From an uncultured Spirochaetota bacterium (GTDB taxonomy: Bacteria; Spirochaetota; Brevinematia; Brevinematales; JAOACQ01), in NCBI GenBank assembly GCA_963768055.1, contig CAVYGN010000002.1, positions 928,001 through 992,000 on the forward strand: a DNA stretch of 64,000 nucleotides, given 5' to 3'. This document shows, piece after piece, positions 51,990 through 60,022 of this stretch. The position numbers were made by a program, and so were the translations under genes. The notes beneath the pieces were generated by a model that was not told where the DNA came from, did no database searches, and saw only the letters and a program-made list of their open reading frames with translations. Each line of letters starts with the position of its first letter. Positions within the stretch are counted from its first letter, which is position 1.

Positions 51990-52024
51990 AAAAGGGACTG
52001 ACTTTTGAGGCAGCCCCTTTTTTT
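51990..52024. terminator. Intrinsic terminator between convergent genes
   Basis: AAAAGGGACTG / CAGCCCCTTTT stem (one mismatch) with T-run. Confidence 0.7.
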
Positions 52025-52030
52025 ATTAAA

Positions 52031-52636
52031 TTAATAAAGATAAATATCATCTATCTCAAGATCGACCGATGGAATGGGTTGAGAAGTAGTCTGCCACTGG
52101 AATCCTATCGAGTTCTTTAAAGATTCATTGAGAGGTTGTTGCTTGCCCCAACTCTCCTGCCTGAAATCCTTAAACGGGAGCGTCAGAACGGTCCAATTCC
52201 CTGTAGTCGGGACTGCGGCAGTATAATAGCAGTAATCGAGGCTGACTGTCGATCTGATCTCTATTTTATAGGTGTTGCCGTCGCCCTTGACTGAGAGCTT
52301 GATCCCTTTGTATTTGGTCAGATCGAATATATCCATGTTCGTAATATCTAAACAGATTCCTATGAAACCGTACTGGAACTTTGTAGTAACCTTGCCGGTT
52401 AATTTGGCGAAAAAATTTGAACCTTTAGCGCCTCCCTTCGGCACGTTGGTAATAGAAAATACTGCCACACTATCGCCCTGGTTGCCGGCGTCATTGACTG
52501 CGTACACGCTCCCGCCTAAAGCTGTCACCGGTTGGCCGTTTTCAAAGTCGCATACCAGTGTTTCCCCTCTTAAGAACACCTGGATAGTGAAACAAATAAC
52601 GGCGGTAAAGCAAAATATCATTACTTTCTTTAACAT
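52031..52636 (-). CDS. Secreted CIA30/CBM11-like carbohydrate-binding-domain protein
   Basis: Signal peptide; DFE.G, DLTKYKGI.L.VKGDG..Y, W....LPF.DF.Q..WG, LEIDDI. Confidence 0.8.
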   Translation of the reverse strand: MLKKVMIFCFTAVICFTIQVFLRGETLVCDFENGQPVTALGGSVYAVNDAGNQGDSVAVFSITNVPKGGAKGSNFFAKLTGKVTTKFQYGFIGICLDITNMDIFDLTKYKGIKLSVKGDGNTYKIEIRSTVSLDYCYYTAAVPTTGNWTVLTLPFKDFRQESWGKQQPLNESLKNSIGFQWQTTSQPIPSVDLEIDDIYLY

Positions 52637-52652
52637 ACCGAACCTCCTTGAT

Positions 52653-52718
52653 TAATAATAGCTATTATTATAAGCTGCCAAGTTATTATTTGTCAAAAAA
52701 CCTGTTTCAGGTTAAAAT
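52653..52718. promoter_or_regulatory. Overlapping divergent sigma70 promoters with palindromes
   Basis: Minus TTGACA-18-TATAAT; plus TTGTCA-17-TAAAAT; perfect 18-bp palindrome TAATAATAGCTATTATTA (52653-70); AACCTG-TTT-CAGGTT. Confidence 0.55.
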
Positions 52719-52748
52719 ATGTCAAAATGCTGCGGATTGGAGGCCCTT

Positions 52749-53123
52749 ATGACGGATAATAGAAAATTTTCAAGGGTCGGATTCAATATCGATTGCCGGT
52801 TTAAAACACAGAAACGGGAAATTCTATGCAGGGTCCTGAACCTTTCTCTTAAAGGGCTTCTTGCCGAAATTAATGAAAATATTAATCCGGATGATTTTAA
52901 ATACGGCACTATCGAGATAAGGCTTCTTAATTCGGATATTATTATTTCTTTTGAATCAGAACTGGTCCATCTGAAAGAAAATCAGGCCGGATTCAGGTTC
53001 GTAAAAACCGACACCGAAAGCATTACTCATCTGCGTTCAATACTGGAGGCTAATACCGGCAACCCCGATCTTATCGACAGCGAACTGCATTTCCTTGTGG
53101 AAAACAGCAAACCTCTTACTTGA
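52749..53123 (+). CDS. Stand-alone PilZ domain (c-di-GMP receptor) protein (start moved to ATG 52749)
   Basis: RKFSR (RxxxR) and NLSLKG (D/NxSxxG), GFRF, SITHLR; GGAGG SD. Confidence 0.9.
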   Translation: MTDNRKFSRVGFNIDCRFKTQKREILCRVLNLSLKGLLAEINENINPDDFKYGTIEIRLLNSDIIISFESELVHLKENQAGFRFVKTDTESITHLRSILEANTGNPDLIDSELHFLVENSKPLT

Positions 53124-53125
53124 GG

Positions 53126-53512
53126 TTAAACCTTTTTCTTGTAATAACCATACCAGAGGCATTTGTCCTGCCAGCTGCAGTTTCCGCATATCCCTTCAAG
53201 ATCTTTTATTGTAGAAAATTTTCTGTCGATCATTTTGAAAAATCCCCCGGCAGAATTTTTCGAATTAATTTTTAAGCCTAAAAAAGCCAGCACAGCCATG
53301 TCTTTAACTTTTTGGCATTCAGGCTCAATATTATGGGGGCAATAAGAACAAATTGCGTCATTTTCGGCTGTGAGTTCGACCGGGATCCCGGGATTCGCTT
53401 TTATTGCTCCGGCTATGATGTCCATATTTGTTATAAAATCCTTGCTGTACCCGTACCCCTGATATCCCCGGATGCAGAGCAGGTGGTGCGGCCTGATTCT
53501 TATAGTCCTCAA
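53126..53512 (-). CDS. DUF1284 family Cys/His-rich putative metal/Fe-S protein (TTG start overlapping the bioY stop)
   Basis: RPHHLLC..GYQG.GYS..F..NM, D.ICSYCP, ICGNCSW...C. Confidence 0.88.
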   Translation of the reverse strand: MRTIRIRPHHLLCIRGYQGYGYSKDFITNMDIIAGAIKANPGIPVELTAENDAICSYCPHNIEPECQKVKDMAVLAFLGLKINSKNSAGGFFKMIDRKFSTIKDLEGICGNCSWQDKCLWYGYYKKKV

Positions 53513-54132
53513 TAAACTTTTTCCGTACTTATCCCATGGATAATCAATGCCCCAGCGGCTGCTTTGATCAAATCGCCGGGAATAAAAGGAAGGGCTCCCA
53601 TCCATAAGAGTTCCGGAATACCCGGGAAATTTCCCTTGACAATGGATAACCATAAACCCAGCTGGATCAATCCGGGTATATAAACCATTACTATCAGGGC
53701 GATCGTCATGACAAAGAAAATGAAAGGCAATTTCCTCGACCGGGGATAGTTGTCGATTACATGCCCCATGAACAGGGCCGCGATTGTAAAACCGATAAAA
53801 TATCCGCCCGTCGGCCCGAGTAAAACGGAAATTCCGCTTGAGAAACCTGAGTACCAGGGAACTCCAGCGATGCCGAGCGCTATGTAAACCAGGGTACTGA
53901 TCCCTCCCCACCATCTTCCCAGCAGCACGCCGAGAAGGACCGCTCCGAAAGTCTGTCCGGTGATTGGAACCGGCGTCCAGGGCAGGAATATCTTTAGCTG
54001 GGCAAGAGCACCCAGGAGACAGGCCCCGCCCAGTGTGAGGACGGCTTTGGAAACAAGCGAAGATTCGCCCCTCCACTTATAAAAACCATAGCGGAGTTTT
54101 GAATAATTTTCTGATATGGTATCAATCTGCAT
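53509..54132 (-). CDS. bioY: Biotin transporter substrate-binding component BioY
   Basis: AQL.I.LPWTPVPITGQTF, Y..LG..G.PW, GPTGGY..GF, PFIPGDLIK. Confidence 0.96.
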   Translation of the reverse strand: MQIDTISENYSKLRYGFYKWRGESSLVSKAVLTLGGACLLGALAQLKIFLPWTPVPITGQTFGAVLLGVLLGRWWGGISTLVYIALGIAGVPWYSGFSSGISVLLGPTGGYFIGFTIAALFMGHVIDNYPRSRKLPFIFFVMTIALIVMVYIPGLIQLGLWLSIVKGNFPGIPELLWMGALPFIPGDLIKAAAGALIIHGISTEKVY

Positions 54133-54165
54133 AAACCCTCCGAATTAGAAAAAAATCGCATAAAG

Positions 54166-54217
54166 ATTATATTTAAAACCCGGAAGATTGTCAACCCGGA
54201 AAACATTTTGGTTTACA
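54166..54217 (-). promoter_or_regulatory. bioY sigma70 promoter with overlapping BirA-type operator
   Basis: Minus TTGACA (54194-89), 17 nt, TATAAT (54171-66); TGTCAAC-N15-GTTTACA (54189-54217). Confidence 0.85.
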
Positions 54218-54223
54218 ACTATA

Positions 54224-55318
54224 TTATCTGAACAGGCGTTCGAAATAATGGGATTGTCCCAGCTGTCCGCAGGCGGCGCTGATTTCATCGCCCATGCTTT
54301 TCCTCAAAACAAAGGGGATTCTTCGGGCTGTAAGAAGTTCCATGAATTTTACGATTGATCTTTCAGACGGGCGTGAAAAAGGGAGCCCTTCTGCCGGATT
54401 GAACGCTATCAAATTCAGATTGAAGTGCAGCCCTGAGAGCATATCTTTCAATGCGTCCGCATCATGGTCTGTATCGTTGATTGTATCCAGCAAAACGTAC
54501 TCGAAGGTTATCCTGCGTCCCGTCGAATCCTGGTAATCCCGTAAAGCTTTCATCAAATCCGGGAGAGGATATTTTTTCGATACCGGCATAAGCGAGGCTC
54601 TTTTATCCTGTATTGCGGAATTCAGGGAAACGGCAAGCCTGACCTGGTGCTTTTCATTTTTAAGTTCATTTATCTGCGGTACTATCCCCGCTGTTGAAAT
54701 CGTAAAATGCCGGCTTCCCAGATTGTACCCGCCGGAATAATTCAGGATATCTATCGATTTTATAACATTTTCATAATTCAGAAGCGGTTCTCCCATTCCC
54801 ATGAAAACAATATTTGATATGTTTCTTCCACTGGTACCCGGTTGCCGGGAGATCTTTAGTATGTATTCCTCGGCAAAAAGGACTTGTGAGATTATTTCGG
54901 AGGTATCGAGATTTCTCTTGAAGACGGCCCGGCCTGTGGCGCAGAAAGAGCAGGACAGGGGACAGCCGGCTTGAGAAGAAATGCAAAGAGTTATCCTCGA
55001 TCCTTGATCTCCTCTAAATGAGTCGTCTGCAAAGATAAGCACGGATTCGATAAAATTACCGTCGGAAGTCTCGAATAGAATTTTGGCAGTGTCGGAACGC
55101 CTGTCTGAAATTGCATCCTTCAGGCCGAGATCGGCTATCCTGAATTCATTATTCAATTCTTCCCTTATGTTTTTCGAAATATCCGACATACTGTCGAACG
55201 ATAGCAGGAATTTAGAGTAAATCCATTTATAAAGCTGTCCGGCCGTATATGCAGGGTAACCTTTCGCAAGGCAGAGATTTTTTAATTCCTCCGGAGAAAA
55301 GGACAATAATTTTTCCAG
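54224..55318 (-). CDS. rlmN: 23S rRNA/tRNA m2A methyltransferase RlmN (probable CTG start at 55318)
   Basis: IESV, CISSQAGC...CSFCATG, MGMGEPL, ISTAG, FEYVL, AACGQL. Confidence 0.96.
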   Translation of the reverse strand: MEKLLSFSPEELKNLCLAKGYPAYTAGQLYKWIYSKFLLSFDSMSDISKNIREELNNEFRIADLGLKDAISDRRSDTAKILFETSDGNFIESVLIFADDSFRGDQGSRITLCISSQAGCPLSCSFCATGRAVFKRNLDTSEIISQVLFAEEYILKISRQPGTSGRNISNIVFMGMGEPLLNYENVIKSIDILNYSGGYNLGSRHFTISTAGIVPQINELKNEKHQVRLAVSLNSAIQDKRASLMPVSKKYPLPDLMKALRDYQDSTGRRITFEYVLLDTINDTDHDADALKDMLSGLHFNLNLIAFNPAEGLPFSRPSERSIVKFMELLTARRIPFVLRKSMGDEISAACGQLGQSHYFERLFR

Positions 55319-55335
55319 CCGGGTCCTCCTTTATT

Positions 55336-56247
55336 TTAGAATTCCTGGTACCATGCATTCTCAAAGCCGAGTTTATCTGCAAAATCAAGGACTTGTTCAT
55401 ATTCTTCAAAACTGATTTTTCTGTTTAATTCAGGCAGAAAGCTTTCGCCTATTTTATATGCAGGAAAATACTGGCCCATAAGGGAAAGATGGACTTTGTT
55501 CGATAAATGGTCCTTGATCCACTGAAGAACGCTTTTAGAATTATCCAAATTTCCAGGAAGCACAAGATGCCTTATAATAAGGCCGCTTTCGGCGATCCCT
55601 TCACTGTCCTTGTGCAATTCATATCCTGTCTTTTCGTAAATCCTCCCCAAAGTTTTACAGTTCTCCTCGAAATAACGGCCTGATTTAGAATATTTTTCAG
55701 AAATTTCCGGGCTATAGTATTTTGCGTCAGGAAGATAAATATCGATTATTCCCTCGAGGTCTTCTATGACATCGGAACGGTCAAAGCCGCCGGAATTAAA
55801 AACAAGGGGAATATCAAGCCCCTTTTCATAAGCCAGGTTCAGGGCTTCGACTATCTGGAACAGGTAGTGGCTTGGAGTGACGAGATTAATATTATGTGCC
55901 TTTCTTGCCTGCAGGCCGAGCATAACCCCGGCCAATTCTTCGGTTGTAAAGCTCCTGTGAGACGCTCGAAGCTGGCTGATAGGGAAATTCTGGCAGAAGG
56001 AGCATTTCATATTACAGCCGGTAAAAAAGACCGTGCCGCTCCCGTTTATCCCTGAAATTGGAGGTTCTTCGCCATGGTGTATATTAAAGCTTGAAACCCT
56101 TGTAAGCCATGGTTCCCCGCACTTTCCAGCTGCCAGGTTCCTGTCGATGCCGCAGCGGTGAGGGCAGATATCGCACTTATATCTGACATTTTTATATTTC
56201 TCCAGAAAATACGAAGTCTTTTCCAATTTTATCTTTTTATCAAACAT
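55336..56247 (-). CDS. Radical SAM protein, PflX-like (PFL-activating-enzyme related)
   Basis: CDICPH.C, HHGEEPPISG, GSGTVFF.GCNMKCSFCQN, NINLVTP, YLPD.KY, IIRHLVLPG. Confidence 0.9.
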   Translation of the reverse strand: MFDKKIKLEKTSYFLEKYKNVRYKCDICPHRCGIDRNLAAGKCGEPWLTRVSSFNIHHGEEPPISGINGSGTVFFTGCNMKCSFCQNFPISQLRASHRSFTTEELAGVMLGLQARKAHNINLVTPSHYLFQIVEALNLAYEKGLDIPLVFNSGGFDRSDVIEDLEGIIDIYLPDAKYYSPEISEKYSKSGRYFEENCKTLGRIYEKTGYELHKDSEGIAESGLIIRHLVLPGNLDNSKSVLQWIKDHLSNKVHLSLMGQYFPAYKIGESFLPELNRKISFEEYEQVLDFADKLGFENAWYQEF

Positions 56248-56288
56248 TAAACCTATTCTTGCCCGGCAATATCGATCAGGCGCCTCAG

Positions 56289-57173
56289 CTACTTTCCCGT
56301 TTTAAGGGGGAGGACGCCGGCCATTTCACCGAGAACGTTAACAAGATCCGAACCCGTAGGAATGACTACTTTCGAGTTACTCTTAAGCGCGTCTTCCACC
56401 ATCTGTATCCTTCTGAGGATCTGGGCGTTTCCGACAAAATACTGGTTTGCGGCTTCATTGACCAGCTTTATGGCCTGTGCTTCTCCTTCGGCCTTGAGGA
56501 TTTCGGCCTGCCTGATGCCCTCCGCCTTTTTTATCTCGGCCCTTTTCTGGCCGTCTGCGGCTGTTTCGGTCGCTGTCGCGTAATCGATGGCCGCGATCTT
56601 TTCATTTTCGGCCTTGACGACCTTGTTCATCGTTTCCTGCACGTCCTTCGGCGGGTCGATCTCCTTTAACTCGGTCCTCACTATATCGAGGCCCCAGCTG
56701 CTTGTTTCATTGAGCAGGGTCTTCAGGAGGTCGGAATTAATCCTCGACCTTTCGCTGTTAGCAGATTTAAGGGTCATTGTACCGATTATATTTCTTAGCG
56801 TAGTTCTCGCGAGATTCACGATCTGAAGCTGGTAATTGTAGACATTATATTGCGACCTCTTCACGCTTTCCTCGTCCTGCCTCACTTTGAAATAAACCTG
56901 GGCGTCCACTTTTGCGTTCAGGTTGTCGTTAGTGATGATCTCCTGGGTCTCGGCGTTAACCAGCTGTTCGGTTATATTGACCAGGTACATCTTTTCTATA
57001 ACGGGAAAGATCCAGTGAAATCCGGGATTGGCGAACCTTGCGTATTTTCCGAACCTTTCAATAAGACCCCTGTAGATCGGCCTTACGATTTTAATTCCTG
57101 AAAAGAAAAGTATAACGATAACAATACCGGCTAAATAATATAGCCATGTGTAACTGGCGGCTGTTTCTGCCAT
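56289..57173 (-). CDS. SPFH/band 7 (stomatin/QmcA-like) membrane protein
   Basis: N-terminal TM, ERFGKY, ITNDN, TTLRNIIG, WG, IDPP, AEG.AQAI coiled coil. Confidence 0.93.
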   Translation of the reverse strand: MAETAASYTWLYYLAGIVIVILFFSGIKIVRPIYRGLIERFGKYARFANPGFHWIFPVIEKMYLVNITEQLVNAETQEIITNDNLNAKVDAQVYFKVRQDEESVKRSQYNVYNYQLQIVNLARTTLRNIIGTMTLKSANSERSRINSDLLKTLLNETSSWGLDIVRTELKEIDPPKDVQETMNKVVKAENEKIAAIDYATATETAADGQKRAEIKKAEGIRQAEILKAEGEAQAIKLVNEAANQYFVGNAQILRRIQMVEDALKSNSKVVIPTGSDLVNVLGEMAGVLPLKTGK

Positions 57174-57196
57174 ATCGATCCTCCTTTATTTTTTAA

Positions 57197-58195
57197 TTAC
57201 AGCGATTGCGCAACAGTAATAGCTGATACGATCATAATATCCTCCGGGGTTGCTCCCCGCGACAGGTCGTTGACCGGTTTGGAAAGGCCCTGTAAAAGAG
57301 GGCCGTAAGCGTCGGCCTTCGAAAGCCTTTGAGTGATCTTATAGCCTATATTTCCGCTGTTGAGGTCTGGAAATATCATTACATTGGCATGACCGGCTAC
57401 CTGGGAAAGCGGGGCTTTAAGTTTCGCAACCACTGAATCGACGGCGGCATCGAACTGCATTTCCCCGTCGAAAAGAAAATTAACGTTCCTCTCTTTAAGC
57501 AGCCTTACGGCTTCCCGCACCTTCAAAACGGAAGGAGAATCTGCGCTGCCGATGGTTGAAAAGGAAAGCAAAGCGACAACGGGTTCAGTGTTCAGGAGTT
57601 TCCTGCATGTGTCTGCTGAGGAAACGGCAATGTCCGCAAGCTGATCGCTTGAAGGTTCGGGTACTACTCCGCAGTCGGCGTAAACGAAAGTGCCCTCTTT
57701 TCCATAAATACAATCAGGCACTGTAATAACAAAACTGCCCGATACTGTTTTTATCCCATCCTTTGGTTTTACGATTATAAGTGAGGCCCTCACGGTTTTT
57801 GCCGTCGGTGTCATGCTTCCTGAAACCATAGCGTCCACTTCCCCTGTATGAAGAAGCATCGCCCCATGGTAAACGGAATCTCTCATCAACTGGTCGGCTT
57901 CACCCTCGGTCATCCCTTTAGTTTTCCTGGACTCGTAAAGAATATTCGAATAATCGGAAAGTTTTGGTGAAACTGCAGGGTCCATTAGAGTGACCCCGGC
58001 AAGCGATATACCCTCTTTCCTGGCGGCAACTTCCATTTCCTGGGGTTTGCCCATGACAATAAGTTCGCTTGTAAATTTTTCCTTTATGATCATCTCTGCC
58101 GCTTTCAGCACGCGCCTGTCTTCGCCTTCCGGCAGAACAAGGCGCCTCGGGGAAGATTTAACAATATCCAGGATTTTATTTCTAAAATCGTACAT
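57197..58195 (-). CDS. pta: Phosphate acetyltransferase (short type)
   Basis: VLPEGED.R, DCGV.P.P, LSFST.GS, DGEMQFDAA, FPDLNSGNIGYK, NDLSRG. Confidence 0.97.
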   Translation of the reverse strand: MYDFRNKILDIVKSSPRRLVLPEGEDRRVLKAAEMIIKEKFTSELIVMGKPQEMEVAARKEGISLAGVTLMDPAVSPKLSDYSNILYESRKTKGMTEGEADQLMRDSVYHGAMLLHTGEVDAMVSGSMTPTAKTVRASLIIVKPKDGIKTVSGSFVITVPDCIYGKEGTFVYADCGVVPEPSSDQLADIAVSSADTCRKLLNTEPVVALLSFSTIGSADSPSVLKVREAVRLLKERNVNFLFDGEMQFDAAVDSVVAKLKAPLSQVAGHANVMIFPDLNSGNIGYKITQRLSKADAYGPLLQGLSKPVNDLSRGATPEDIMIVSAITVAQSL

Positions 58196-58223
58196 ATAAA
58201 TTACCCCTTATAATACACTTTTA

Positions 58224-58727
58224 TCATAGTACCTGACTGAATTTCTCCTTTAATTTTTCCCATACGAAAGGATGCACCTTCTGCGAGATATCCCCCCCGA
58301 GCCTGGCGATTTCTTTAACCATCGAAGAACTTACGAAAAGGTTTTCTTCGCTTGCCATAAAAAAAACAGTTTCCGCAGCTTTATTTAAATGTGTATTTAA
58401 AGAAGCAAGCTGCAATTCGTATTCAAAGTCGGATATAGCCCGGAGCCCCCGGACTATAGCCATTGCGCTTTCTTTAACGACGAAATCGACAAGAAGCCCG
58501 TACATGCTTGTGACGGTAATATTCTTGTAGCCTTCGAAAACCGCTTTAAGCATATTGAGACGTTCTTCCACCGGGAAGAGCACGCCTTTTGTGTCGTTGT
58601 CCGCGACGGCAATGACAACTTCGTCGAAAATCTGCGAGGCCCTGAGGGCTATATCGAAGTGGCCGTTAGTGGGAGGGTCGAAAGTCCCCGGATATACCGC
58701 TTTTTTGATAGATTTATTATCATTCAT
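58224..58727 (-). CDS. coaD: Phosphopantetheine adenylyltransferase
   Basis: YPGTFDPPTNGH, RGLRAISDFEYE, VSSSMVKE. Confidence 0.98.
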   Translation of the reverse strand: MNDNKSIKKAVYPGTFDPPTNGHFDIALRASQIFDEVVIAVADNDTKGVLFPVEERLNMLKAVFEGYKNITVTSMYGLLVDFVVKESAMAIVRGLRAISDFEYELQLASLNTHLNKAAETVFFMASEENLFVSSSMVKEIARLGGDISQKVHPFVWEKLKEKFSQVL

Positions 58728-59002
58728 CCTATAAATCCTGATTTATATTTTATCATAAATAGGGTAAAATGGAAAGTATTTTAAAAAATGGAGACGCATG
58801 GAAGACGCATGAAGGACACAATGGATGAGAAGCCGCAATTATTTTAACTTTGAATAAGGAAACGCCTTCCCATTCCCGGGATGAATCGCATTCTAATCAG
58901 TCACCTGCATAATTTCATTTGATTTTTTAATTTGATTTTTTAAACAATTGTTTATAAGTTTATCTGAAACGCAAAATAATTCTAATAAAGGAGGCGTAAA
59001 TA

Positions 59003-59135
59003 ATGCAAAAAATAACACCATGCCTGTGGTTTGACGGCAAGGCCGGGGAAGGGCGGTAATGACGGTTACGTTCCTGCTCGAGGGCCAGGAATTCATGGCC
59101 TTAAACGGGGGCCCGGCATTTGCGTTTACCCCTCG
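59003..59135 (+). pseudogene. Internally deleted, truncated PhnB/VOC (3-demethylubiquinone-9 3-methyltransferase-like) gene
   Basis: AAGGAGG + ATG; MQKITPCLWFDGKA, then in another frame VMTVTFLLEGQEFMALNGGPAFAFTP. Confidence 0.8.
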
Positions 59136-59162
59136 ATTGAGGAACCTGCGGAGGGTATAACT

Positions 59163-59336
59163 ATGACAAGCCTTTCCAGGGCAAGGGAAATAACATTAAT
59201 CTTAGCGCTGCCAATCCTGTTGATCATTTTTTTGATTAATTCGATACGAAATAAAATGAAGCAAAAAAAAAGAAAAAAAAATTACTTCACCATAAAGACG
59301 CCAAGATCGCAAAGAAAGACAAGGCTACGGAAATAA
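59163..59336 (+). CDS. Small single-TM basic protein (C-terminus uncertain, A-runs)
   Basis: GGAGG SD; ITLILALPILLIIFLI followed by a Lys-rich stretch. Confidence 0.4.
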   Translation: MTSLSRAREITLILALPILLIIFLINSIRNKMKQKKRKKNYFTIKTPRSQRKTRLRK

Positions 59337-59430
59337 TATTATAAATATTTTATCCACTTTGCGTCCTTTGCAACCTCTTTCCGGCCTTTGCGGTTAAACC
59401 CCAAATAATGAAACGTTAAGAACGCAAAGA
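59286..59430. repeat. Inverted cluster of CTTTGCG/CGCAAAG-unit repeats
   Basis: TTCACCATAAAGACGCCAAGATCGCAAAG (59286-314) faces CTTTGCGTCCTTTGCAACC...CCTTTGCGGTTAAA (59357-98); extra unit AACGCAAAG near 59421. Confidence 0.6.
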
Positions 59431-59584
59431 CTGGAAAATGCATTATTTCGATTTTTTATTGCTTTTATTTATCTATCGAATTATCATTTTTTATCATTTA
59501 AGAGACAGCTTTAAGAGTAATTATCAGAAAAATGCCGCCCCGGTTTAAAGCAGGCAAAAATTGCAAAAGGAGGATTTTTCTTAT

Positions 59585-60022
59585 ATGCCCCGCAATCTGA
59601 AAATCGATATTGACGATCTTATTTTTGCCATGCAGAACCATGATACCTGGTTCGACCAGTATCTGGATTTGAAAACAGGCAAAATAATAGCGGATGATGA
59701 AGAATCTTATGAAGACCCTGAAGAAGAATTCGATAAGAACGATCCCGACCGTTATCTTTCCATTGAACCGTACCCTTCCAATGAAGGCTTCAGGATGATG
59801 GAAGAATTCATAGAGGGAGTGGAAAACCTGAAAGCGAGGGAAAACCTTTTTAAAGCCATATCCGGAGCAAGGCCTTTCCGGAATTTCAGGGACGCTCTCC
59901 TGGAATACCCGGAAATACGGGATGCATGGTATAAATTCGAGGAAGAGAGGATGAAGCAATACGCGCTGGAATGGCTGAGGGATAACGATATCGAGCCGGA
60001 GGCAGGGAATGAAATATCCTGA
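59585..60022 (+). CDS. UPF0158 family protein (start moved to ATG 59585)
   Basis: YLDLKTGKI, RY..IEP..S.EG..MMEEFI, AI.G..PFR.FRD.L, W..F, EWL; AGGAGG SD. Confidence 0.88.
   Translation: MPRNLKIDIDDLIFAMQNHDTWFDQYLDLKTGKIIADDEESYEDPEEEFDKNDPDRYLSIEPYPSNEGFRMMEEFIEGVENLKARENLFKAISGARPFRNFRDALLEYPEIRDAWYKFEEERMKQYALEWLRDNDIEPEAGNEIS

Noticed and set aside
53513..54076. 316-aa version of the DUF1284 ORF
   Set aside because: The extra part is an alternative frame inside bioY; DUF1284 motifs begin at the TTG overlapping the bioY stop.
58789..58850. Short ORF with a GACGCATG direct repeat
   Set aside because: About 19 codons, no SD or recognisable similarity; an 8-9-nt duplication is within chance expectation.
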